Of a DNA stretch of 64,000 nt, positions 1-9,500 are shown one piece after another. The stretch's first letter is position 1; each line of letters opens with the position of its first letter. The notes beneath the pieces are model-generated. The model worked only from the letters and a program-made list of their open reading frames with translations. It made no database searches and had not been told where the DNA came from. Location: positions 137,852 to 201,851 of the forward strand of contig CAZNOH010000001.1 of NCBI GenBank assembly GCA_964574655.1. The letters run 5' to 3'. Both the position numbers and the translations under genes were made by a program. The DNA is from an uncultured Candidatus Saccharibacteria bacterium (GTDB lineage: Bacteria; Patescibacteriota; JABMPQ01; JAQVVF01).

Positions 1-792
1 AAACATCGGCAAGCTTAAGGATAAGCTCCAGATAAATTTATGCCAATAATTCTTGGTTTCTTTTTCTGATCTGATTTGGTCTTGTTTGGAATTGTTTTTA
101 GTTATAATCGAAGCATTATAGCCGGCATGTTTAATGGTTTTTATAATATCGTTTTCGCTTACTTTTGTACTATCAAAAATTACTCTACCTTTGGAAGCAG
201 TAAGATTTACATTTGCGGATTTAATTCCAGACAATTTTTTTAATTCTTTTTCAATAATATTGGCACAAGATGTACAATGCATGCCTTCGATTGCTAGATT
301 GATTTGTTGATTGGCAGAACCAGTTTTGATTACTTTTATAGGTTGATTGGTATTAATCTCATTATTCTTAATATGTTGATCAGCGGTAGCGGTATTTCTA
401 ACTAAGCAGGCTAGATATTCAGCTAATTTTTCAGCATTAGAGCCTTCGGCTTCTATTTTTGTTTCAATCTTTATTTTGAATGCCAAAGGCTTTTCGGTTT
501 TTTTGATGATAGCCTTTTCTGAATTATTATCTTTTGGTTTTTCTTGATTATTGTCATTATTATTATCTTCGTTTTTTTCATTAATAATTTCTGCTTCATA
601 GCCGGCTGTTTTTATTTTTCCTAGAATTGCTGATGAATTAGTTAGAATGTTATCGAAAGTAATTTCGCCATATCCAGAAGCATGGTTGATTTTGATATCT
701 TTAATTCCAGGCAATTCGCGTATGGTCATAGAAATTATTTTTTCGCAGGAAGCACAATGCATTCCCAAAATATCTAAAGTTATTTTGTACAT
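1..792 (-). CDS. copA: Heavy-metal (copper) translocating P1B-type ATPase, 5' part only (runs off window start)
   Basis: Hand translation from ATG at 792: MYKITLDILGMHCASCEK..., a second HMA domain NLAIEGMHCTSCANIIEK, then the start of TM1 (YWHKFIWSLSLSLPMF). Absent from the ORF track because it is truncated. Confidence 0.85.
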   Translation of the reverse strand, partial: MYKITLDILGMHCASCEKIISMTIRELPGIKDIKINHASGYGEITFDNILTNSSAILGKIKTAGYEAEIINEKNEDNNNDNNQEKPKDNNSEKAIIKKTEKPLAFKIKIETKIEAEGSNAEKLAEYLACLVRNTATADQHIKNNEINTNQPIKVIKTGSANQQINLAIEGMHCTSCANIIEKELKKLSGIKSANVNLTASKGRVIFDSTKVSENDIIKTIKHAGYNASIITKNNSKQDQIRSEKETKNYWHKFIWSLSLSLPMF

Positions 793-842
793 AAAAATTT
801 GATTAATTTATTATTTATTTATTTATTTATTTATTAATTAAT

Positions 843-2468
843 TTAATGGCAACTATAGCTAGAAGGCGGAGGATTGTAGTCGATATAGCTGTCATAATTA
901 TCGTTATTAATATCAGTATTGGTGTCAGTACTGGTGTTAGTATTTGTAACGGCATTATTTTCAGTTGCAGTGTCATTGGAACATCCGTTGCAGCCTGTAT
1001 TGCCTGAAGGTACGATGTCCAAGTCAGTATCTACTTGCGCATTAACATTATTAACAATTGAATTTTTAGCTGAGTCGTTGTTATCAACTACTTTAATAGC
1101 ACCAGAGACCATGCCCATCCAACAGCTGAATTTGTATGTTCCTGATTTTGTAGGTGTAAATTCTTTGATGCTAACTTGGCCAGGCTTCAAACTTATGGAG
1201 TCGTTGAATAACCCTTTTGAAATAACGGCATTAGTGCAGCCGCTTGTACCAGTATCGGTGATTTCCCATCTAACTGGAACATTTGTTTTGATTGTGAATT
1301 GATTAGGAGAGTAGCCTCTGGAAGAAGCATCCATTTTTAAAAGTTGTTTTCCATTAACAATTGGCGCTAGATTTTTTTCTGGATTATTATTTGTTTTTGA
1401 GGGATTGATTTTAATATTATTGAAACTAGCAAGGCCAGCGGTATTAAGTTGAGAATTGATATTAAAGATTGCAAAAAATAAAACTAAAATTCCAGCAATT
1501 CTTAGGAATTTACCTGATAGATGCGGTTTTTGGGATACTTTTACTGAAGAAAAACCAATCATTAATAATGGACCAAAAGTTCCAAGAGCAAAGAAAAGCA
1601 TTATTAAGCTTCCTTGCAAGGCGCTTCCGGAGATTAAAGCAATGCTTTGAGCTGTAATGGTAAATCCGCAAGGCAAGAAAAAAGTGAATGCGCCCATTAT
1701 AAATGGCATATAACGGCCTTTAAAATTTGACTCATCAGCAACATATTTGGTTATAAATTTTGGAGTAGTGATTTGAAATCTTTGCAAAGCCTTTACGCCT
1801 AACATTTGCAAAGCTAAAATTATCATTAATATTGAGACAATAATGACTAGCGCAAATGTAAAATTAGTTGAAATTTGAAGTTTTTGTCCGACAAATCCAA
1901 GGATTGCTCCAAAAAATGCATATGAAATGATTCGGCCGAAATTGAATAACAGATGAGGCTGTAATTTTTGCGTTAATGATTGTTTATTTGAATACAACTC
2001 TGACCATTGTTTAGACATTGATAAAATAATACCGCCAACTAAAGCAGCACAGCTTGAAACTCCAGCTAAAAGGCCGAATAAAACAAAAATCGGCAAAGAT
2101 GATTTGCTGTCAACATTAATCAGGTTAGAAAGTCCGAGCTTGTTCAGAATAAGAAAACCAGCAATTAGTAACAATGCTGTGCCTACAATGATGAAAAAGT
2201 TTTTTTGCGGAGAATGTATTTTATCCTCTTCTTCTTGTTGCTCGGAAAAATGATATTTTTCTTGAGAAAAATAATGATTAAGCGATTTTAAGCTGGGTTG
2301 TTCCTTTGTATATTCAATAGTTACCCTAGCTTTATTGTTTGAAGCATCAACTGATTTTATGTTTTCTAGTTTCAGTAATTTTTTTTCAATGATAAGTTCG
2401 CATGATGCGCAATGCATGCCTTTGACATAATAAGTTTGCTGTTTTATCTTTTGGTTATTTTTTTGCAT
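843..2468 (-). CDS. HMA domain + DsbD-like/TauE-SafE membrane domain + cupredoxin-like domain protein (copper cluster)
   Basis: N-terminal GMHCASC; TM region with SSCAALVGG and FFLPCGFT; C-terminal cupredoxin-like GCT...YKFSCWMGM; low-complexity Asn/Thr tail. Confidence 0.85.
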   Translation of the reverse strand: MQKNNQKIKQQTYYVKGMHCASCELIIEKKLLKLENIKSVDASNNKARVTIEYTKEQPSLKSLNHYFSQEKYHFSEQQEEEDKIHSPQKNFFIIVGTALLLIAGFLILNKLGLSNLINVDSKSSLPIFVLFGLLAGVSSCAALVGGIILSMSKQWSELYSNKQSLTQKLQPHLLFNFGRIISYAFFGAILGFVGQKLQISTNFTFALVIIVSILMIILALQMLGVKALQRFQITTPKFITKYVADESNFKGRYMPFIMGAFTFFLPCGFTITAQSIALISGSALQGSLIMLFFALGTFGPLLMIGFSSVKVSQKPHLSGKFLRIAGILVLFFAIFNINSQLNTAGLASFNNIKINPSKTNNNPEKNLAPIVNGKQLLKMDASSRGYSPNQFTIKTNVPVRWEITDTGTSGCTNAVISKGLFNDSISLKPGQVSIKEFTPTKSGTYKFSCWMGMVSGAIKVVDNNDSAKNSIVNNVNAQVDTDLDIVPSGNTGCNGCSNDTATENNAVTNTNTSTDTNTDINNDNYDSYIDYNPPPSSYSCH

Positions 2469-2476
2469 TTGTTTTT

Positions 2477-2749
2477 TTATTTGTTAAATAGTTTAGTAAC
2501 GCTTAAAATTTCTTGGCTCATAATTTTCTTTTTTTTCTCATTATTGGTTGCCATAGCGCTTTTAAAGCAAGTATTAAGATGATTTTCCATGAGCATTTGA
2601 TGAGCAGAGCGCAATAGGCCGATAGCTGCTAGATTTTGTTGCATAACATCAATACAATACTGATCAGATTCGATCATTTGAATCATCTTAGCAATTAGGC
2701 TTTGAGCCTTTTTAAAGTTAATAAGGGTTTTTTCCTTCTCATTTGTCAT
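2477..2749 (-). CDS. csoR: CsoR/RcnR-family metal-sensing repressor
   Basis: YCIDVMQQ...HLNTC Cys/His/Cys ligand pattern, 90 aa, first gene of the copper operon. Confidence 0.85.
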   Translation of the reverse strand: MTNEKEKTLINFKKAQSLIAKMIQMIESDQYCIDVMQQNLAAIGLLRSAHQMLMENHLNTCFKSAMATNNEKKKKIMSQEILSVTKLFNK

Positions 2750-2776
2750 GGTTGTTTAGAAAGTTAATATTTATAG

Positions 2777-2801
2777 ATACCTATACCCTAGGTACAGGTA
2801 T
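2777..2801. promoter_or_regulatory. Putative CsoR operator
   Basis: Near-perfect palindrome ATACCTATACC-CTA-GGTACAGGTAT just upstream of csoR, in the divergent intergenic region; resembles TACC..GGTA CsoR operators. Confidence 0.65.
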
Positions 2802-2994
2802 GCAATCAATATATATGATGGGCTATTTTTTGTCAAACATTAATTATCCACAAGATAAAAAAAGGCAAAAGTAAAAAGGAAAAATTAAAAAGTTTCAAGT
2901 TAAAAAATCATTAAAGTTTTATGTATTTTTTAGTGATTGTAAGTGTTTTGTTTGTAATATATAATAGGGTTGCTATAAGATATTGGTAAAATTT

Positions 2995-5244
2995 ATGCAA
3001 AATAAAAATAAAATGATTCATCATTGTAGTTGTAATAAATGTATTTGTGGTGAAGCTGAAAAATTAAGTGTTAGTTGTGGTTGCGAATTGGAAGCAAAAC
3101 AATATGAATATGGTCTTGATAAAAAAATGAAGCATAAGGATCATAAGATGAATATGGACTCTAGTTCAACAGCTAATCAGGCAAAGCATGATATGTCTAA
3201 GATGAGCCATCCCTCCTTTGCTTCTGCTACGGAGGGCAGGCAAGATCATGAAATGGCAATGACAAATCCAATGATGGCCAAAGAGATGGAGGCAGATATG
3301 AAGCGCAGATTTTTTATCTCGCTTTTTTTGTCAATTCCGATTCTTCTTTATTCGCCTGTTGCCATTAATTTTTTTAAACTTAATTTACCGTCATTAATAC
3401 CGGTAAATTGGCTGTTATTTATTTTAACAACGCCAATTGTTTTTTGGGCCGGTTCAATTTTTATTATAGGCGCATATTATTCTCTCAAAAGTCGAAAATT
3501 AAATATGTCTGTTTTGATTGCAACTGGTGTTTTGGCGGCATATTTATTTAGCGTATTTTTAACTATTATAAATGGCGGAGAGACTTTTTATGAAGCGGCA
3601 GCGTTGTTGGTAACTTTTGTTTTGTTTGGGCATTGGATGGAGATGAAATCTCGGCGAGGTACTTCTGATTCTTTGCGGGCTCTTTTTGATTTGGTTCCGC
3701 CTCAAGCTAAAATTTTACGGAATGGAAAAGAAATTACTGTTCAAGTTAGTAAAGTAATAAAAGGAGACATTGTAGTGATTCACCCTGGCGATAAAATTCC
3801 TGTTGATGGTGAAATAATTGAGGGTGAAACAGTAATTGATGAGTCATTGGTTACTGGCGAATCTATTCCAGTTGAAAAAAAAGTAAAAGATAAAGTTATT
3901 GGCGGATCAATTAATCAAACTGGAGCAATAAAATTTAAGGCAGAAAAAGTTGGTAGTGAGACAGTTTTAGCTCAGATAATCAAATTAGTAGAGACTGCTC
4001 AAAATTCAAAAGCTCCAGGACAGAGAATTGCTGATAAGGCAGCTGGTTGGTTAGTTATCTTGGCAGTTGGTTCTGGTTTGGCAACTTTTTTGGGCTGGTA
4101 TTTTGTAGCTCAATCATCATTGTTTATTGCTTTAACTTTTGCGGTTTCAACTGTTGTGATTGCTTGTCCGGATGCATTGGGATTGGCAACGCCGACTGCG
4201 GTTGCAGTTGGCACTGGCATTGGAGCAAAACATAATATTTTGATCAAAGATGCTACAACATTGGAACAAGTTTCAAAAATTCAGGCGATTGTTCTGGATA
4301 AGACTGGTACTTTGACAGAAGGAAAGCCAAAAATGACTGATTTGAGAAGTTTTAACGGATTTACAGAAACTGATGTTTTGCTTTATGAAGCGAGCTTGGA
4401 AAGCGGATCAAATCATCCAGTTGCTAAAGCAATTGGTGATTCTGCAAAAGAAAAGAAAGTTTTGCTTATGCGTTTGAATAAGTTTGAGTCAATAGCTGGA
4501 TTTGGATTAGCTGGCATAGTTAACGGAAAAAATGCTTTGGCTGGAAAAGAACAATTATTGATAGATAAAAAAGTTGATACCTCAGTTGGAAAATTAGATC
4601 GAGATAAATTTTTTGATCAAGGCAAAACATTAAGTTTTTTAGCAATAGATGGCAAGCTTGCTGGAATAATTGCGGTTGCTGACACGATCAAGCCTACTGC
4701 AAAGCAAGCAATTAAAAATTTTAAAAAAATGAATATAGAGGTGGCGATGATTACTGGCGATCATAAAAAAGTTGCAGAAGCTGTTGGCAAAGAATTAAAT
4801 ATCGATCGTGTTTTTGCTGGAGTTGAGCCTTCAGATAAGGCGAAATATGTTAAAAAACTTCAAGATGAAAATAAATTTGTGGCAATGGTTGGAGATGGTA
4901 TAAATGATGCTCCAGCTTTAGCTCAATCTGATATTGGAATTGCAATTGGGGCAGGGACAGAAGTCGCAATTGAAACTGCCAAAGTTGTTTTGATGAAATC
5001 TGATCCATTTGATATTATTCGAGCGATAATTTTGAGCAAGGCAACAGTTACAAAAATGAAACAGAATCTTTTTTGGGCGGCAATTTATAATATTCTAGCA
5101 ATTCCTGTTGCAGCTGGAGTTTTTTATAATTCTTTCGGTATTTCTTTACGTCCAGAAATTTCAGCTTTGTTGATGTCTGCTTCTTCAATTATTGTGGCAA
5201 CTAATGCAGTATTATTGAAAAGAGTTGAGTCTAGATTAAAATAA
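2995..5244 (+). CDS. Copper-translocating P1B-type ATPase with Cys-rich and His/Met-rich N-terminus and CPD motif
   Basis: TGES, IACPDALGLATP, DKTGTLT, HP, GDGIND, YN and MSASS motifs; start uncertain (ATG 2995 preferred over TTG 2983). Confidence 0.9.
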   Translation: MQNKNKMIHHCSCNKCICGEAEKLSVSCGCELEAKQYEYGLDKKMKHKDHKMNMDSSSTANQAKHDMSKMSHPSFASATEGRQDHEMAMTNPMMAKEMEADMKRRFFISLFLSIPILLYSPVAINFFKLNLPSLIPVNWLLFILTTPIVFWAGSIFIIGAYYSLKSRKLNMSVLIATGVLAAYLFSVFLTIINGGETFYEAAALLVTFVLFGHWMEMKSRRGTSDSLRALFDLVPPQAKILRNGKEITVQVSKVIKGDIVVIHPGDKIPVDGEIIEGETVIDESLVTGESIPVEKKVKDKVIGGSINQTGAIKFKAEKVGSETVLAQIIKLVETAQNSKAPGQRIADKAAGWLVILAVGSGLATFLGWYFVAQSSLFIALTFAVSTVVIACPDALGLATPTAVAVGTGIGAKHNILIKDATTLEQVSKIQAIVLDKTGTLTEGKPKMTDLRSFNGFTETDVLLYEASLESGSNHPVAKAIGDSAKEKKVLLMRLNKFESIAGFGLAGIVNGKNALAGKEQLLIDKKVDTSVGKLDRDKFFDQGKTLSFLAIDGKLAGIIAVADTIKPTAKQAIKNFKKMNIEVAMITGDHKKVAEAVGKELNIDRVFAGVEPSDKAKYVKKLQDENKFVAMVGDGINDAPALAQSDIGIAIGAGTEVAIETAKVVLMKSDPFDIIRAIILSKATVTKMKQNLFWAAIYNILAIPVAAGVFYNSFGISLRPEISALLMSASSIIVATNAVLLKRVESRLK
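3211..3240 (+). repeat. Family-A palindromic element, in frame in the ATPase gene (PSFASATEGR)
   Basis: ccctcctttgcttctgctacggagggcagg, 30 nt, same architecture as intergenic copies. Confidence 0.7.
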
Positions 5245-5255
5245 AATAATTTTTA

Positions 5256-5315
5256 TCCGCCTTTGTTAAAGCTTCCACCTTCGCTAAAGCTTCGGTGGAC
5301 AAGTCGGCGGACGAG
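5256..5315 (+). repeat. Two nested family-A palindromic elements
   Basis: tccgcctttgttaaagct[tccaccttcgctaaagcttcggtggacaag]tcggcggacgag; inner copy nearly identical to 41590-41619. Confidence 0.85.
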
Positions 5316-5328
5316 GGAGGTGATAAAT

Positions 5329-5463
5329 ATGATGGATTATAATATGATGAGTGGAGTTAATGGGGGAAATATGATGTTTTTTGCTTGGACTATATATATT
5401 TTGATTATTGTTTTAATTATTTTGGCAATTATAGCGTTGTGGAAATATATAAATAAAAAATAA
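5329..5463 (+). CDS. Small single-pass membrane protein (Met-rich N-terminus)
   Basis: GGAGGTGA SD before ATG 5329; MMDYNMM...FFAWTIYILIIVLIILAIIALWKY; the longer ORF-track start comes from the repeat. Confidence 0.65.
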   Translation: MMDYNMMSGVNGGNMMFFAWTIYILIIVLIILAIIALWKYINKK

Positions 5464-5467
5464 AAAT

Positions 5468-5722
5468 ATGATAAATTTAAAACATTTAAGTAAAGTTGTT
5501 GTTTTATGGATGAGCCTTGTTTATACTGTTTGTTACGCAGGAGTGGCAATTTATCCTCCGATTAGAGGATTATTTATGAAATATTCTTTGCATGCTGACA
5601 TGGTTTTTGTTTCTAATTTTTTCAGTATTGGTTATTTTATTTCTGGTTTGATTATTTGGAATGTGGTTGGATTAGCTGGAGCCGGGTTGTTTGCTGTGTT
5701 GTTTAATAAAATTAAAAGTTAG
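5468..5722 (+). CDS. Two-TM membrane protein, DUF5676-like
   Basis: Two hydrophobic helices, VYTVCY and SLH motifs, in the copper cluster. Confidence 0.65.
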   Translation: MINLKHLSKVVVLWMSLVYTVCYAGVAIYPPIRGLFMKYSLHADMVFVSNFFSIGYFISGLIIWNVVGLAGAGLFAVLFNKIKS

Positions 5723-5754
5723 ATAAAGAGTAGAAAAAATTATTATCATTTTTT

Positions 5755-5782
5755 TTGACAAATTTTGTATTTCTGGTAAAAT
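5755..5782 (+). promoter_or_regulatory. Sigma70 promoter of the T-box/ileS leader
   Basis: TTGACA-16 nt-TAAAAT with extended -10 TG. Confidence 0.7.
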
Positions 5783-5799
5783 AAACTTGTAAATTTTAA

Positions 5800-6081
5800 A
5801 AACGTTTGAGTCTGGTTATCGCCAGATGATGTTGGTGAAAGAAAGCTTGGAAGTTTCTACCTTGCCTCTGCCTTCGTTACGCTTTGGCAGGCAGGCATGG
5901 CAAGGGTCGAACCTCCGCCATGGGCGGAGTAGAAGTTCTGAGTAATTAGATTCATTCGGGTAAGCCCGTTATAGCTTGAAATAAGTTACCGCCTTCACTC
6001 TTCACTTCGTTCAGAGCTTCGGCGGTTAAAAGAGGTGGTACCGCGAATTATTCGCCCTCTAAATTTTTTAGGGCGTTTTTT
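5800..6081 (+). ncRNA. T-box riboswitch (Ile) with intrinsic terminator
   Basis: T-box AGAGGTGGTACCGCG at 6031-6045 pairing with CGCCCTCT; stem IIA/B CGGG-TAAG-CCCGTTATAGC; terminator CGCCCT...AGGGCG-TTTTTT; short hairpin TCTGG-TTATCG-CCAGA with ATC at 5818-5820; ileS lies downstream. Confidence 0.85.
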
Positions 6082-6159
6082 AATGGTAATAAAATGATTA
6101 TTGATGTGCAGACTTTTATAATTAAATAAAAAAACCACGTTAGTGGTTAAGTAAGTGCA

Positions 6160-6393
6160 TTATTTCTTTTGAGGAATGATCTGGAATTGAGAAATGAAAA
6201 GGTTGGAAAAATAGAAACAGAACAAACCGTTGATTAAGCAAAAAATGGTTAAAACTTCCATAATAAGAATATTCGTAGAAAGGAAAATCATGACTATTGC
6301 ATATAGCACAATTGCGAAATGTATTAGAGAAGCTGTTAAAAGAAACATCGTTATTGCGACTATCCAAGGATGTTTTTTGAGTGTGTTTCTCAT
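6160..6393 (-). CDS. Small two-TM hypothetical protein between the T-box and ileS (antisense)
   Basis: 77-aa ORF, two hydrophobic stretches, AAGGGGA SD-like site, upstream TTGACA/TGCTAAAAT promoter-like site on the minus strand. Confidence 0.55.
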   Translation of the reverse strand: MRNTLKKHPWIVAITMFLLTASLIHFAIVLYAIVMIFLSTNILIMEVLTIFCLINGLFCFYFSNLFISQFQIIPQKK

Positions 6394-6549
6394 TTCTCGT
6401 CCCCTTTTTTGTTGAAAGAACTATATAAATTTTAGCATATTAATTAATAATTGTCAATAGAATCGCGAATATGCACAAATTTATCACAAATAGCACTAAT
6501 AGTCTATATGTGAAATTTGTGCAAGATTCGTGCAAATTCGAGAAATTTT

Positions 6550-9500
6550 ATGTTTAAAAAAGTAGATCCAAAACAAGATTTTATAAAATTAGAGCATGAT
6601 GTTCTTGGTTTTTGGAATGAGAACAGAATGTTTTATAAATTGCAGAATAAAAATCATGGCAAAGAGCCTTGGTCTTTTATTGATGGTCCAATTACAGCAA
6701 ATAATCCAATGGGAGTCCATCATGCGTGGGGCAGAACATTGAAAGATGTTTTTCAGCGTTATAAGGCGATGCAAGGATTTGATCAACGATGGCAAAATGG
6801 TTTTGATTGCCAAGGTCTTTGGGTTGAGGTTGAAGTTGAAAAAGATTTGGGATTTAATTCTAAAAAAGAAATTGAAAAATTCGGTTTGGATAATTTTTCT
6901 AAAGCTTGCAAAGAAAGAATTGAAAAATATTCCGAAATTCAGACTGAACAATCAAAAAGACTGGGACAGTGGATGGATTGGAGAAATTCTTATTATACAT
7001 ATACAGATGATAATATTGAGGCAATCTGGACTTTTTTAGAAAAATGCAAAAGAAATGGCTGGCTATACAAGGGATATTCAGTAATGCCTTGGTGTACAAG
7101 ATGCGGGACTGCTTTGTCTCAACATGAATTATCAGATGATGGCTGGAAAGAAGTTGTTCATCAGGCAGTTTATATTAAATTAAAAAGAAAAAGCGAAGAA
7201 GCTGAAATTAATGAATATTTCTTGGTTTGGACAACAACTCCTTGGACATTGCCAGCAAATGTTGCTTTGGCTGTAAATCCAAAAGTAAAATATGTCAGAG
7301 TAATGAAGGACGGCGAGACCTATATCTTAGCTAAGGCTTTAGTTTCGAAAGTTTTGGGTGAAGCAGAAATTGTAGAGGAAGTTGATGGAAAAAGTCTTTT
7401 GGGTCTGCATTATGAAGGACCTTTTGATGAATTGCCTGCACAAACAGGAGTAGATCACAAAGTAATTTCATGGGAAGATGTTTCTGATGCTGAAGGTACT
7501 GGCATTGTTCATATTGCGCCTGGTTGTGGTGAAGAAGATTATCAGCTTTCTAAAACTAATGATTTGAAAATTATTGCTCCAATTGATGAATTTGGCAACT
7601 ACGTTGATGGTTTCGACTGGTTGAACAAAAAAAATGTTCACGGAATTAAGAATGAGATTTTTTCTTCTTTGAAAGAAAAAGGTAATTTTTTGAAAATTGC
7701 TGATATTAAACATCGCTATCCATTTTGCTGGAGATGCAAAGAAGAATTAGTATTTAGAGCTGTTTCAGAATGGTTTATTGATGTTTCTGAAGTCAGAGAG
7801 CCAATGAGGAAGGCTGCAGAAAAAGTTGGTTGGTTGCCTGAATCAGTTGGCAAGAGAATGCAAGATTGGCTTGATAATATGGGAGATTGGGTAATTTCTC
7901 GAAAAAGATATTGGGGTTTGCCATTGCCTTTTTATGAATGTGAATGCGGTGAAGTAACTGCTGTAGAGTCACGAAAAGAGCTTTTAGAATTATCAAATCA
8001 ACAATCAACAAATTTGATATTAGCAAGGCATGGAAGAAGCGAAGGAAATGTTTTAGGAATTACTGATGGAAAAATGCCAGGAACAAATTTAGATTGGAAA
8101 GGCGAGGAAGAAGCCGATCAATTGGCGAAACAGATGAAAGAAAGAGGAGTTGATATTGTTTATACTTCACCTTTCTCTCGTTGTAAAAAAACAGCTGAAA
8201 AAGTGGCTAAATTATGCAATGCAGAATTAGTTGAAGATGAAAGGTTGAGAGAACAGGCTTTTGGTAATTGGAATGATAAGAAAGTTTTTGAAGTTGAAAA
8301 AGAACTTACTGATTTTTATGAGGAAAATGATGATAAAAAGGCTGGTGAGACAGGTGAAAGTATGAAAGAACTTTTTGCAAGATGTCAGGATTTTTATCAT
8401 GAAATTTTGAAAAAGCATAATGGCCAGACTGTTGTTGTAGTTACTCATGATGGAATTTTGGCAAATCTAGAAAAAGTAATTGTGAATAATAAAAAAGTTA
8501 GAAATGTTATGAAAGTTACAGCTCAAAATGCTAAAGCCCATGAAATTAATATTTTAGGGAATGGCCCCAGCCATGAAGGCGGGGCAAGCAAAATTATTCC
8601 TGAATTACATCGTCCTTGGATTGATGAACTAAAAATCATTTGTCCAAAATGTAAAAAGGAAGTATCGAGAATTAAGGATGTTGGTGATTGTTGGTTGGAT
8701 GCTGGAATCGTGCCTTTTTCAACATTAAAATATTTTAGCAATAAAGAATATTGGGCAAAATGGTTTCCTGCTGAATTTGTTTGTGAAATGCGTTCTCAAG
8801 TAAGATTGTGGTTCTATTCAATGCTTTTTATGGCTGTAACGTTGGAAGATGAGACGCCATATAAACAAGTGCTAGCTTATGAAGAAGTAAGAGATGAAAA
8901 AGGCAAGCCAATGCATAAGTCTTCTGGCAATGCGATCTGGTTTGATGAAGCAGCAGAAAAAATGGGAGCTGATGTGATGAGATGGATGTACTGTGTCCAA
9001 AATCCAGCTTACAACTTAAGATTTGGCTATAGATCCGCAGAAGCAATTAGACGCAAATTAATTTTGTTATGGAACGTTTATTCTTTCTTTGTGTTATATG
9101 CGAACATTGATAATTTTAAGCCTGTTGAAAATAATAAATTAGTACTGAACAATAAACTTGATCAGTGGATTATTTCAGCTTTGAATGCATTGATTGCTGA
9201 ATGCAATAAAGAAATGGATAGATTTAATGCTCAACGCGTAATGGAAAAATGCGAGAAGTTTTTGGATGATTTAGCAAATTGGTATGTAAGAAGATCAAGA
9301 AGGAGATTCTGGAAGAGTGAAAATGATCAGGATAAGAATCAAGCCTATCAAACGTTGTATACTGTTTTGACAAATTTTGTGAAATTAATTGCACCTGTTG
9401 TGCCATTTTTGTCTGAAGAAATGTATCAGAACTTGGAGCGTCAGAGCGTCGGAGCTTCGGAGATCGGAAGCGTCCACTTGTGTGATTATCCGAAGGCTGA

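Noticed and set aside
2844-2852. DnaA box TTATCCACA (also 62058-62066) as a sign of oriC
   Set aside because: Only isolated boxes were seen, with no cluster and no dnaA/dnaN nearby.
5263-5328. ORF-track N-terminal extensions (5263, 6517, 16466, 19619, 23089)
   Set aside because: These TTG starts fall within repeat elements; downstream ATGs match the expected protein starts.
8004-8590. Inteins or introns as the explanation for the IleRS/LeuRS insertions
   Set aside because: No Cys/Ser...His-Asn splice motifs or homing-endonuclease motifs; the inserts are recognisable domains in an unbroken frame.
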